DNA of 64,000 bases, taken from assembly GCA_964016885.1 (NCBI GenBank), contig OZ024742.1, forward strand, positions 347,510,001-347,574,000, read 5' to 3'. The stretch is from Eledone cirrhosa (lineage: Eukaryota). A program made the position numbers and the translations under genes. The first letter of the stretch is position 1. Each line of letters begins with the position of its first letter. Of this stretch, positions 1 to 15,700 are shown in pieces. The notes below the pieces were generated by a model that saw only the letters and a list, made by a program, of their open reading frames with translations, was not told the DNA's origin and made no database searches.

Positions 1-889
1 CTCACCCCATCACATCTCTATATCACAGTCTTCTCTCACCCCATAACATCTCTATATCACAGTCTTCTCTCACTCTATCACATCTCTATAACACAGTCTT
101 CTCTCACCTCATCACATCTCTATATCACAGTCTTCTCTCACCCCATCACATCTCTATAACACAGTCTTCTCTCACCCCATCACATCTCTATATCACAGTC
201 TTCTCTCACCCCATAACATCTCCATATCACAGTCTTCTCTCACCCCATCACATCTCTATATCACAGACTTCTCTCACCTCATCACATCTCTATATCACAG
301 TCTTCTCTCACTCCATCACATCTCTATAACACAGTCTTCTCCTACCCCATCACATCTCTATATCACAGTCTTCTCTCATCCCATCACATCTCCATATCAC
401 AGTCTTCTCTCACCCCATCACATCTCTATGTAAGTCTTCTCTCATCCCTTCAAATCTCTATAACACAGTCTTCTCTCACCTCATCACATCTCTATATCAC
501 AGTCTTCTCTCACTCCATCACATCTCTATATTAGTCTTCTCTCACCCCATCACATCTCTATATCACAGTCTTCTCTCACCCGATCACATCTCTATATCAC
601 AGTCTTCTCTCACCTCATCACATCTCTATAACACAGTCTTCTCTCACCCCATCACATCTCTATAACGCAGTCTTCTCTCACCCCATCACATCTATATATC
701 ACAGTCTTCTCTCACCCCATCACATCTCTATATCACAGTCTTCTCTCGTCCAATCTCATCTCTATATCAGTCTTCTCTCACCCCATCATATCTCTATATC
801 ACAGTCTTCTCTCACCCCATCACATCTCTATAATACAGTCTTCTCTCACCCCATCACATCTCTATAACACAGTCTTCTCTCATCCCATC

Positions 890-3520
890 ACATATCTATA
901 TCAGTCTTCTCTCACCCCATCACATATCTATATCACAGTCTTCTCTCATCCCATCACATCTCTATATCAGTCTTCTCTCACCCCATCATATCTCTATATC
1001 ACAGTCTTCTCTCACCCCATCACATCTCTATATCAGTCTTCTCTCACCCCATCACATCTCTATATCACAGTCTTCTCTCACCTCATCACATCTCTATATC
1101 ACAGTCTTCTCTCATCCCATCACATCTCTATATAAGTCTTCTCTCACCCCATCACATCTCTATAACAGTCTTCTCTCATCCCATCACATCTCTATATCAC
1201 AGTCTTCTCTCACCCCATCACATCTCTATAACAGTCTTCTCTCATCCCATCACATCTCTATATCAGTCTTCTCTCATCCCATCACATCTCTATATCAGTC
1301 TTCTCTCACCCCATCACATCTCTATATCACAGTCTTCTCTCACCCCATCATATCTCTATATCACAGTCTTCTCTCACCCCATCACATCTCTATATCACAG
1401 TCTTCTCTCACCCCATCACATCTCTATAACACAGTCTTCTCTCACCCCATCACATCTCTATAACACAGTCTTCTCTCATCCCATCACATCTCTATAACAC
1501 AGACTTCTCTCACCTCATCACATCTCTATAACAGTCTTCTCTCACCCCATCACATCTCTATATCACAGTCTTCTCTCACCCCATCACATCTCTATAACAG
1601 TCTTCTCTCACCCCATCACATCTCTATAACACAGTCTTCTCTCATCCCATCAAATCTATAACACAGACTTCTCTCACCTCATCACATCTCTATATCACAG
1701 TCTTCTCTCACCCCATCACATCTCTATAACACAGTCTTCTCTCACCCCATCACATCTCTATAACTCAGTCTTCTCTCACCCCATCACATCTCTATAACAG
1801 TCTTCTCTCACCCCATCACATCTCTATAACACAGTCTTCTCTCATCCCATCACATCTCTATATCACAGTCTTCTCTCACCCCATCACATCTCTATATCAC
1901 AGTCTTCTCTCACACCATCACATCTCTATATCACAGTCTTCTCTCACCCCATCACATCTCTATAACTCAGTCTTCTCTCACCCCATCACTTCTCTATATC
2001 ACAGTCTTCTCTCATCCCATCACATCTCTATATCACAGTCTTCTCTCACCCCATCATATCTCTATATCACAGTCTTCTCTCACCCCATCACATCTCTATA
2101 ATACAGTCTTCTCTCACCCCATCACATCTCTATAACACAGTCTTCTCTCACCCCATCACATCTCTATAAACAGTCTTCTCTCACCCCATCACACCTCTAT
2201 ATCACAGTCTTCTCTCACCCGATCACATCTCTATATCACAGTCTTCTCTCACCTCATCACATCTCTATAAAACAGTCTTCTCTCACCCCATCACATCTCT
2301 ATAACACAGTTTTCTCTCACCCCATCACATCTCTATAACACAGACTTCTCTCACCTCATCACATCTCTATATCACAGTCTTCTCTCACCCCATCACATCT
2401 CTATAACACAGACTTCTCTCACCCCATCACATCTCTATATCACAGTCTTCTCTCAGCCCATCACATCTCTATATCACAGTCTTCTCTCACCCCATCACAT
2501 CCCTATAACACAAACTTCTCTCACCTCATCACATCTCTATATCACAGTCTTCTCTCACCCCATCACATCTCTATAACACAGTCTTCTCTCGCCCCATCAC
2601 ATCTCTATAACAGAGTCTTCTCTCATCCCTTCACATCTCTATAACACAGTCTTCTCTCACCCCATCACATATCTATATCACAGTCTTCTCTCATCCCATC
2701 ACATCTCTATATTAGTCTTCTCTCACCCCATCATATCTCTATATCACAGTCTTCTCTCACCCCATCACATCTCTATATCAGTCTTCTCTCACCCCATCAC
2801 ATCTCTATATCACAGTCTTCTCTCACCTCATCACATCTCTATATCACAGTCTTCTCTCATCCCATCACATCTCTATATAAGTCTTCTCTCACCCCATCAC
2901 ATCTCTATAACAGTCTTCTCTCATCCCATCACATCTCTATATCACAGTCTTCTCTCACCCCATCACATCTCTATAACAGTCTTCTCTCATCCCATCACAT
3001 CTCTATATCAGTCTTCTCTCATCCCATCACATCTCTATATCAGTCTTCTCTCACCCCATCACATCTCTATATCACAGTCTTCTCTCACCCCATCATATCT
3101 CTATATCACAGTCTTCTCTCACCCCATCACATCTCTATATCACAGTCTTCTCTCACCCCATCACATCTCTATAACACAGTCTTCTCTCACCCCATCACAT
3201 CTCTATAACACAGTCTTCTCTCATCCCATCACATCTCTATAACACAGACTTCTCTCACCTCATCACATCTCTATAACAGTCTTCTCTCACCCCATCACAT
3301 CTCTATATCACAGTCTTCTCTCACCCCATCACATCTCTATAACAGTCTTCTCTCACCCCATCACATCTCTATAACACAGTCTTCTCTCATCCCATCAAAT
3401 CTATAACACAGACTTCTCTCACCTCATCACATCTCTATATCACAGTCTTCTCTCACCCCATCACATCTCTATAACACAGTCTTCTCTCACCCCATCACAT
3501 CTCTATAACACAGTCTTCTC
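890..3520. repeat. Local block duplication, offset 1,745 bp (~890-1,760 recurs at ~2,640-3,505)
   Basis: TATAAGTC at 1131 and 2876; CAAATCTATAAC at 1651 and 3396. Both pairs are 1,745 apart, with the same monomer order in between. Confidence 0.8.
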
Positions 3521-4069
3521 TCATCCCATCACATCTCTATATCACAGTCTTCTCTCATCCCATCACATCTCTATATCACAGTCTTCTCTCACCCCATCAC
3601 ATCTCTAAAACACAGTCTTCTCTCATCCCATCACATCTATATAACACAGACTTCTCTCACCTCATCACATCTCTATAACAGTCTTCTCTCACCCCATCAC
3701 ATCTCTATATCACAGTCTTCTCTCACCCCATCACATCTCTATAACAGTCTTCTCTCACCCCATCACATCTCTATAACACAGTCTTCTCTCATCCCATCAC
3801 ATCTCTATATCACAGTCTTCTCTCACCCCATCACATCTCTATATCACAGTCTTCTCTCACACCATCACATCTCTATATCACAGTCTTCTCTCACCCCATC
3901 ACATCTCTATAACTCAGTCTTCTCTCACCCCATCACTTCTCTATATCACAGTCTTCTCTCATCCCATCACATCTCTATATCACAGTCTTCTCTCACCCCA
4001 TCATATCTCTATATCACAGTCTTCTCTCACCCCATCACATCTCTATAATACAGTCTTCTCTCACCCCAT

Positions 4070-7000
4070 CACATCTCTATAACACAGTCTTCTCTCACCC
4101 CATCACATCTATATATCACAGTCTTATCTCACCCCATCACATCTCTATAATACAGTCTTCTCTCACGCCATCATATCTCTATATCACAGTCTTCTCTCAC
4201 CCCATCACATCTCTATATCACAGTCTTCTCTCACTCCATCACATCTCTATAACACAGTCTTCTCTCACCCCATCACATCTCTATATCACAGTCTTCTCTC
4301 ATCCCATCACATCTCTATATCACAGTCTTCTCTCACCCCATCATATCTCTATATCACAGTCTTCTCTCACCCCATCACATCTCTATATCAGTCTTCCCTC
4401 ACCCCATCACATCTCTATATCACAGTCTTCCCTCACCCCATCACATCTCTATATCAGTCTTCCCTCACCCCATCACATCTATATAACACAGTCTTCTCTC
4501 ACCCCATCACATCTCTATATCACAGTCTTCTCTCACCCCATCACATCTCTATATCAGTCTTCTCTCACCCCATCACATCTCTATATCACAGTGTTCTCTC
4601 ATCCCATCACATCTCTATATCAGTCTTCCCTCACCCCATCACATCTCTATATCACAGTCTTCTCTTACCCCATCACATCTCTATATCAGTCTTCTCTCAC
4701 CCCATCACATCTCTATATCACAGTCTTCTCTCACCCCATCACATCTCTATATCAGTCTTCCCTCACCCCATCACATCTCTATATCAGTCTTCTCTCACCC
4801 CATCACATCTCTATATCAGTCTTCCCTCACCCCATCACATCTCTATATCAGTCTTCTCTCACCCCATCACATCTCTATATCAGTCTTCTCTCACCCCATC
4901 ACATCTCTATATCACAGTCTTCTCTCACCCCATCACATCTCTATATCACAGTCTTCTCTCACCCCATCACATCTCTATATCACAGTCTTCCCTCACCCCA
5001 TCACATCTCTATATCACAGTCTTCTCTCACCCCATCACATCTCTATATCACAGTCTTCTCTCACCCCATCACATCTCTATATCAGTCTTCTCTCACCCCA
5101 TCACATCTCTATATCACAGTCTTCTCTCACCCCATCACATCTCTATATCACAGTCTTCTCTCACCCCATCACATCTCTATATCACAGTCTTCCCTCATCC
5201 CATCACATCTCTATATCAGTCTTCTCTCACCCCATCACATCTCTATATCACAGTCTTCTCTCATCCAATCACATCTCTATATCAGTCTTCTCTCACCCCA
5301 TCACATCTCTATATCAGTCTTCTCTCACCCCATCACATCTCTATATCAGTCTTCTCTCATCCCATCACATCTCTATATCAGTCTTCTCTCACCCCATCAC
5401 ATCTCTATATCACAGTCTTCCCTCACCCCATCACATCTCTATATCAGTCTTCTCTCATCCCATCACATCTCTATATCAGTCTTCTCTCACCCCATCACAT
5501 CTCTATATCAGTCTTCTCTCACCCCATCACATCTCTATATCAGTCTTCCCTCACCCCATCACATCTCTATATCAGTCTTCTCTCACCCCATCACATCTCT
5601 ATATCACAGTCTTCCCTCACCCCATCACATCTCTATATCAGTCTTCTCTCATCCCATCACATCTCTATATCAGTCTTCTCTCATCCCATCACATCTCTAT
5701 ATCAGTCTTCTCTCACCCCATCACATCTCTATATCAGTCTTCCCTCACCCCATCACATCTCTATATCACAGTCTTCCCTCACCCCATCACATCTCTATAT
5801 CAGTCTTCTCTCACCCCATCACATCTCTATATCACAGTCTTCTCTCACCCCATCACATCTCTATATCAGTCTTCTCTCACCCCATCACATCTCTATATCA
5901 GTCTTCTCTCATCCCATCACGTCTCTATATCACAGTCTTCTCTCACCCCATCACATCTCTATATCAGTCTTCTCTCACCCCATCACATCTCTATATCACA
6001 GTCTTCTCTCATCTCATCACATCTCTATAACACAGTCTTCTCTCACCCCATCACATCTCTATATCACAGTCTTCTATCACCCCATCACATCTCTATATCA
6101 GTCTTCCATCACCCCATCACATCTCTATATCACAGCCTTCTCTCATCTCATCACATCTCTATAACACAGTCTTCTCTCACCCCATCACATCTCTATATCA
6201 CAGTCTTCTCTCACCCAATCACATCTCTATATCACAGTCTTCTCTCACCCCATCACATCTCTATATCAGTCTTCTCTCATCCCATCACATCTCTATATCA
6301 GTCTTCTCTCACCCCATCACATCTCTATATCACAGTCTTCTCTCACCCCATCACATCTCTATATCACAGTCTTCCCTCACCCCATCACATCTCTATATCA
6401 GTCTTCTCTCATCCCATCACATCTCTATATCAGTCTTCTCTCACCCCATCACATCTCTATATCAGTCTTCCCTCACCCCATCACATCTCTATATCAGTCT
6501 TCTCTCACCCCATCACATCTCTATATCAGTCTTCTCTCACCCCATCACATCTCTATATCACAGTCTTCTCTCACCCCATCACATCTCTATATCAGTCTTC
6601 TCTCACCCCATCACATCTCTATATCAGTCTTCTCTCACCCCATCACATCTCTATATCACAGTCTTCCCTCACCCCATCACATCTCTATATCAGTCTTCTC
6701 TCACCCCATCACATCTCTATATCACAGTCTTCTCTCACCCCATCACATCTCTATATCACAGTCTTCTCTCACCCCATCACATCTCTATATTACAGTCTTC
6801 TCTCACCCCATCACATCTCTATATCACAGTCTTCTCTCATCCCATCACATCTCTATATCACAGTCTTCTCTCACCCCATCACATCTCTATATCAGTCTTC
6901 TCTCACCCCATCACATCTCTATATCACAGTCTTCTCTCACCCCATCACATCTCTATATCAGTCTTCCCTCACGCCATCACATCTCTATATCACAGTCTTC

Positions 7001-9370
7001 TCTCACCCCATCACATCTCTATATCAGTCTTCTCTCACCCCATCACATCTCTATATCACAGTCTTCTCTCACCCCATCACATCTCTATATCAGTCTTCTC
7101 TCACCCCATCACATCTCTATATCACAGTCTTCTCTCACCCCATCACATCTCTATATCAGTCTTCTCTCACCCCATCACATCTCTATAACACAGTCTTCTC
7201 TCACCCCATCACATCTCTATATCACAGTCTTCTCTCACCCCATCACATCTCTATATCAGTCTTCTCTCACCCCATCACATCTCTATATCACAGTCTTCTC
7301 TCACCCCATCACATCTCTATATCAGTCTTCTCTCACCCCATCACATCTCTATATCACAGTCTTCTCTCACCCCATAACATCTCTATAACACAGTCTTCTC
7401 TCACCCCATCACATCTCTATAACACAGTCTTCTCTCACCCCATCACATCTCTATATCACAGTCTTCTCTCACCCCATCACATCTCTATATCACAGTCTTC
7501 TCTCACCCATCAGATCTCTATATCACAGTCTTCTCTCACCCCATCACATCTCTATATCAGTCTTCTCTCATCCCATCACATCTCTATATCAGTCTTCTCT
7601 CACCCCATCACATCTCTATATCACAGTCTTCTCTCATCTCATCACATCTCTATATCACAGTCTTCTCTCACCCCATCACATCTCTATATCACAGTCTTCT
7701 CTCATCCCATCACATCTCTATATCACAGTCTTCTCTCATCCCATTACATCTCTATATCACAGTCTTCTCTCACCCCATCACATCTCTATATCACAGTCAT
7801 CTCTCACCCCATCACATCTCTATATCAGTCTTCTCTCACCCCATCACATCTCTATATCACAGTCTTCTCTCACCCCATCACATCTCTATAACACAGTCTT
7901 CTCTCATCCCATCAAATCTATAACACAGACTTCTCTCGCCTCATCACATCTCTATATCACAGTCTTCTCTCACCCCATCACATCTCTATATCACAGTCTT
8001 CTCTCACCTCATCACATCTCTATAACAGTCTTCTCTCACCCCATCACATCTCTATATCACAGTCTTCTCTCACCCCATCACATCTCTATAACAGTCTTCT
8101 CTCACCCCATCACATCTCTATAACACAGTCTTCTCTCACCCCATCACATCTATATATCACAGTCTTATCTCACCCCATCACATCTCTATAATACAGTCTT
8201 CTCTCACGCCATCATATCTCTTTATCACAGTCTTCTCTCACCCCATCACATCTCTATATCACAGTCTTCTCTCACTCCATCACATCTCTATAACACAGTC
8301 TTCTCTCACCCCATCACATCTCTATATCACAGTCTTCTCTCATCCCATCACATCTCTATATCACAGTCTTCTCTCACCCCATCATATCTCTATATCACAG
8401 TCTTCTCTCACCCCATCACATCTCTATATCAGTCTTCCCTCACCCCATCACATCTCTATATCACAGTCTTCCCTCACCCCATCACATCTCTATATCAGTC
8501 TTCCCTCACCCCATCACATCTATATAACACAGTCTTCTCTCACCCCATCACATCTCTATATCACAGTCTTCTCTCACCCCATCACATCTCTATATCAGTC
8601 TTCTCTCACCCCATCACATCTCTATATCACAGTGTTCTCTCATCCCATCACATCTCTATATCAGTCTTCCCTCACCCCATCACATCTCTATATCACAGTC
8701 TTCTCTTACCCCATCACATCTCTATATCAGTCTTCTCTCACCCCATCACATCTCTATATCACAGTCTTCTCTCACCCCATCACATCTCTATATCAGTCTT
8801 CCCTCACCCCATCACATCTCTATATCAGTCTTCTCTCACCCCATCACATCTCTATATCAGTCTTCCCTCACCCCATCACATCTCTATATCAGTCTTCTCT
8901 CACCCCATCACATCTCTATATCAGTCTTCTCTCACCCCATCACATCTCTATATCACAGTCTTCTCTCACCCCATCACATCTCTATATCACAGTCTTCTCT
9001 CACCCCATCACATCTCTATATCACAGTCTTCCCTCACCCCATCACATCTCTATATCACAGTCTTCTCTCACCCCATCACATCTCTATATCACAGTCTTCT
9101 CTCACCCCATCACATCTCTATATCAGTCTTCTCTCACCCCATCACATCTCTATATCACAGTCTTCTCTCACCCCATCACATCTCTATATCACAGTCTTCT
9201 CTCACCCCATCACATCTCTATATCACAGTCTTCCCTCATCCCATCACATCTCTATATCAGTCTTCTCTCACCCCATCACATCTCTATATCACAGTCTTCT
9301 CTCATCCAATCACATCTCTATATCAGTCTTCTCTCACCCCATCACATCTCTATATCAGTCTTCTCTCATC
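4070..9370. repeat. Block duplication, offset 4,041 bp (~4,070-5,330 recurs at ~8,110-9,370)
   Basis: GTCTTATCTC at 4121/8162; CACGCCATCATAT with its G at 4167/8208; CACAGTGTTC with GTG at 4591/8632. Confidence 0.8.
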
Positions 9371-12300
9371 CCATCACATCTCTATATCAGTCTTCTCTCA
9401 CCCCATCACATCTCTATATCAGTCTTCTCTCACCCCATCACATCTCTATATCAGTCTTCCCTCACCCCATCACATCTCTATATCAGTCTTCTCTCACCCC
9501 ATCACATCTCTATATCACAGTTTTCCCTCACCCCATCACATCTCTATATCAGTCTTCTCTCATCCCATCACATCTCTATATCAGTCTTCTCTCATCCCAT
9601 CACATCTCTATATCAGTCTTCTCTCACCCCATCACATCTCTATATCAGTCTTCCCTCACCCCATCACATCTCTATATCACAGTCTTCCCTCACCCCATCA
9701 CATCTCTATATCAGTCTTCTCTCACCCCATCACATCTCTATATCACAGTCTTCTCTCACCCCATCACATCTCTATATCAGTCTTCTCTCACCCCATCACA
9801 TCTCTATATCAGTCTTCTCTCATCCCATCACGTCTCTATATCACAGTCTTCTCTCACCCCATCACATCTCTATATCAGTCTTCTCTCACCCCATCACATC
9901 TCTATATCACAGTCTTCTCTCATCTCATCACATCTCTATAACACAGTCTTCTCTCACCCCATCACATCTCTATATCACAGTCTTCTCTCACCCCATCACA
10001 TCTCTATATCAGTCTTCCATCACCCCATCACATCTCTATATCACAGCCTTCTCTCATCTCATCACATCTCTATAACACAGTCTTCTCTCACCCCATCACA
10101 TCTCTATATCACAGTCTTCTCTCACCCAATCACATCTCTATATCACAGTCTTCTCTCACCCCATCACATCTCTATATCAGCCTTCTCTCATCCCATCACA
10201 TTCTATATCAGTCTTCTCTCACCCCATCACATCTCTATATCACAGTCTTCTCTCATCTCATCACATCTCTATATCACAGTCTTCTCTCACCCCATCACAT
10301 CTCTATAACACAGTCTTCTCTCATCCCATCACATCTCTATATCACAGACTTCTCTCATCCCATCACATCTCTATATCACAGTCTTCTCTCATCCCATCAC
10401 ATCTCTATATCACAGTCATCTCTCACCCCATCACATCTCTATATCAGTCTTCTCTCACCCCATCACATCTCTATATCACAGTCTTCTCTCACCCCATCAC
10501 ATCTCTATATCACAGTCATCTCTCACCCCATAACATCTCTATATCAGTCTTCTCTCACCCCATCACATCTCTATATCACAGTCTTCTCTCACCCCATCAC
10601 ATCTCTATATCACAGTCATCTCTCACCCCATCACATCTCTATATCAGACTTCTCTCACCCCATGACATCTCTATATCACAGTCTTCTCTCACCCCATTAC
10701 ATCTCTATAACACAGTCTTCTCTCACCCCATCACATCTCTATATCAGTCTTCTCTCATCCCATCACATCTCTATATCAGTCTTCTCTCACCCCATCACAT
10801 CTCTATATCACAGTCTTCTCTCACCCCATCACATCTCTATATCACAGTCTTCCCTCACCCCATCACATCTCTATATCAGTCTTCTCTCATCCCATCACAT
10901 CTGTATATCAGTCTTCTCTCACCCCATCACATCTCTATATCAGTCTTCCCTCACCCCATCACATCTCTATATCAGTCTTCTCTCACCCCATCACATCTCT
11001 ATATCAGTCTTCTCTCACCCCATCACATCTCTATATCACAGTCTTCTCTCACCCCATCACATCTCTATATCAGTCTTCTCTCACCCCATCACATCTCTAT
11101 ATCAGTCTTCTCTCACCCCATCACATCTCTATATCACAGTCTTCCCTCACCCCATCACATCTCTATATCAGTCTTCTCTCACCCCATCACATCTCTATAT
11201 CACAGTCTTCTCTCACCCCATCACATCTCTATATCACAGTCTTCTCTCACCCCATCACATCTCTATATTACAGTCTTCTCTCACCGCATCACATCTCTAT
11301 ATCACAGTCTTCTCTCATCCCATCACATCTCTATATCACAGTCTTCTCTCACCCCATCACATCTCTATATCAGTCTTCTCTCACCCCATCACATCTCTAT
11401 ATCACAGTCTTCTCTCACCCCATCACATCTCTATATCAGTCTTCCCTCACGCCATCACATCTCTATATCACAGTCTTCTCTCACCCCATCACATCTCTAT
11501 ATCAGTCTTCTCTCACCCCATCACATCTCTATATCACAGTCTTCTCTCACCCCATCACATCTCTATATCAGTCTTCTCTCACCCCATCACATCTCTATAT
11601 CACAGTCTTCTCTCACCCCATCACATCTCTATATCAGTCTTCTCTCACCCCATCACATCTCTATAACACAGTCTTCTCTCACCCCATCACATCTCTATAT
11701 CACAGTCTTCTCTCACCCCATCACATCTCTATATCAGTCTTCTCTCACCCCATCACATCTCTATATCACAGTCTTCTCTCACCCCATCACATCTCTATAT
11801 CAGTCTTCTCTCACCCCATCACATCTCTATATCACAGTCTTCTCTCACCCCATAACATCTCTATAACACAGTCTTCTCTCACCCCATCACATCTCTATAA
11901 CACAGTCTTCTCTCACCCCATCACATCTCTATATCACAGTCTTCTCTCACCCCATCACATCTCTATATCACAGTCTTCTCTCACCCCATCACATCTCTAT
12001 ATCACAGTCTTCTCTCACCCCATCACATCTCTATATCAGTCTTCTCTCATCCCATCACATCTCTATATCAGTCTTCCCTCACCCCATCACATCTCTATAT
12101 CACAGTCTTCTCTCATCTCATCACATCTCTATATCACAGTCTTCTCTCACCCCATCACATCTCTATATCACAGTCTTCTCTCATCCCATCACATCTCTAT
12201 ATCACAGTCTTCTCTCATCCCATTACATCTCTATATCACAGTCTTCTCTCACCCCATCACATCTCTATATCACAGTCATCTCTCACCCCATCACATCTCT

Positions 12301-12714
12301 ATATCAGTCTTCTCTCACCCCATCACATCTCTATATCACAGTCTTCTCTCACCCCATCACATCTCTATATCACAGTCATCTCTCACCCCATAACATCTCT
12401 ATATCAGTCTTCTGTCACCCCATCACATCTCTATATCACAGTCTTCTCTCACCCCATCACATCTCTATATCACAGTCATCTCTCACCCCATCACATCTCT
12501 ATATCAGTCTTCTCTCACCCCATCACATCTCTATATCACAGTCTTCTCTCACCCCATCACATCTCTATAACACAGTCTTCTCTCACCCCATCACATCTCT
12601 ATATCAGTCTTCTCTCATCCCATCACATCTCTATATCAGTCTTCTCTCACCCCATCACATCTCTATATCACAGTCTTCTCTCACCCCATCACATCTCTAT
12701 ATCACAGTCTTCCC

Positions 12715-15700
12715 TCACCCCATCACATCTCTATATCAGTCTTCTCTCATCCCATCACATCTCTATATCAGTCTTCTCTCACCCCATCACATCTCTATAT
12801 CAGTCTTCCCTCACCCCATCACATCTCTATATCACAGTCATCTGTCACCCCATCACATCTCTATATCAGTCTTCTCTCACCCCATCACATCTCTATATCA
12901 CAGTCTTCTCTCACCCCATCACATCTCTATAACACAGTCTTCTCTCACCCCATCACATCTCTATATCAGTCTTCTCTCATCCCATCACATCTCTATATCA
13001 GTCTTCTCTCACCCCATCACATCTCTATATCACAGTCTTCTCTCACCCCATCACATCTCTATATCACAGTCTTCCCTCACCCCATCACATCTCTATATCA
13101 GTCTTCTCTCATCCCATCACATCTCTATATCAGTCTTCTCTCACCCCATCACATCTCTATATCAGTCTTCTCTCACCCCATCACATCTCTATATCACAGT
13201 CTTCTCTCACCCCATCACATCTCTATATCAGTCTTCTCTCACCCCATCACATCTCTATATCAGTCTTCTCTCACCCCATCACATCTCTATATCACAGTCT
13301 TCCCTCACCCCATCACATCTCTATATCAGTCTTCTCTCACCCCATCACATCTCTATATCACAGTCTTCTCTCACCCCATCACATCTCTATATCACAGTCT
13401 TCTCTCACCCCATCACATCTCTATATTACAGTCTTCTCTCACCCCATCACATCTCTATATCACAGTCTTCTCTCATCCCATCACATCTCTATATCACAGT
13501 CTTCTCTCACCCCATCACATCTCTATATCAGTCTTCTCTCACCCCATCACATCTCTATATCACAGTCTTCTCTCACCCTATCACATCTCTATATCAGTCT
13601 TCCCTCACGCCATCACATCTCTATATCACAGTCTTCTCTCACCCCATCACATCTCTATATCAGTCTTCTCTCACCCCATCACAACTCTATATCACAGTCT
13701 TCTCTCACCCCATCACATCTCTATATCAGTCTTCTCTCACCCCATCACATCTCTATATCACAGTCTTCTCTCACCCCATCACATCTCTATATCAGTCTTC
13801 TCTCACCCCGTCACATCTCTATATCACAGTCTTCTCTCACCCCATCACATCTCTATAACACAGTCTTCTCTCACCCCATCACATCTCTATATCACAGTCT
13901 TCTCTCACCCCATCACATCTCTATATCAGTCTTCTCTCACCCCATCACATCTCTATATCACAGTCTTCTCTCACCCCATCACATCTCTATATCAGTGTTC
14001 TCTCACCCCATCACATCTCTATATCACAGTCTTCTCTCACCCCATCACATCTCTATATCACAGTCTTCTCTCACCCCATAACATCTCTATAACAGTCTTC
14101 TCTCACCCCATCACATCTCTATATCACAGTCTTCTCTCATCCCATCACATCTCTATATCACAGTCTTCTCTCATCCCATCACATCTCTATATCACAGTCT
14201 TCTCTCATCCCATCACATCTCTATATCACAGTCTTCTCTCACCCCATCACATCTCTATAACAGTCTTCTCTCACCCCATCACATCTCTATAACACAGTCT
14301 TCTCTCACCCCATCACATCTCTATATCACAGTCTTCTCTCACCCCATCACATCTCTATATCAGTCTTCTCTCACCCCGTCACATCTCTATATCACAATCT
14401 TCTCTCACCCCATCACATCTCTATAACACAGTCTTCTCTCACCCCATCACATCTCTATATCACAGTCTTCTCTCACCCCATCACATCTCTATATCAGTCT
14501 TCTCTCACCCCATCACATCTCTATATCACAGTCTTCTCTCACCCCATCACATCTCTATATCACAGTCTTCTCTCACCCCATCACATCTCTATAACAGTCT
14601 TCTCTCATCCCATCACATCTCTATATCACAGTCTTCTCTCACCCCATCACATCTCTATAACAGTCTTCTCTCATCCCATCACATCTCTATATCAGTCTTC
14701 TCTCATCCCATCACATCTCTATATCAGTCTTCTCTCACCCCATCACATCTCTATATCACAGTCTTCTCTCACCTCATCACATCTCTATAAAACAGTCTTC
14801 TCTCACCCCATCACGTCTCTATAACACAGTTTTCTCTCACCCCATCACATCTCTATAACACAGACTTCTCTCAACTCATCACATCTCTATATCACAGTCT
14901 TCTCTCACCCCATCACATCTCTATAACACAGACTTCTCTCACCCCATCACATCTCTATATCACAGTCTTCTCTCAGCCCATCACATCTCTATATCACAGT
15001 CTTCTCTCACCCCATCACATCTCTATAACACAGTCTTCTCTCACCCCATCACATCTCTATAACACAGTCTTCTCTCATCCCTTCACATCTCTATAACACA
15101 GTCTTCTCTCACCTCATCACATCTCTATATCACAGTCTTCTCTCACTCCATCACATCTCTATATTAGTCTTCTCTCACCCCATCACATCTCTATATCACA
15201 GTCTTCTCTCACCCCATAACATCTCTATATCACAGTCTTCTCTCACTCCATCACATCTCTATAACACAGTCTTCTCTCACCTCATCACATCTCTATATCA
15301 CAGTCTTCTCTCACCCCATCACATCTCTATAACACAGTCTTCTCTCACCCCATCACATCTCTATATCACAGTCTTCTCTCACCCCATAACATCTCCATAT
15401 CACAGTCTTCTCTCACCCCATCACATCTCTATATCACAGACTTCTCTCACCTCATCACATCTCTATATCACAGTCTTCTCTCACTCCATCACATCTCTAT
15501 AACACAGTCTTCTCCTACCCCATCACATCTCTATATCACAGTCTTCTCTCATCCCATCACATCTCCATATCACAGTCTTCTCTCACCCCATCACATCTCT
15601 ATGTAAGTCTTCTCTCATCCCTTCAAATCTCTATAACACAGTCTTCTCTCACCTCATCACATCTCTATATCACAGTCTTCTCTCACTCCATCACATCTCT

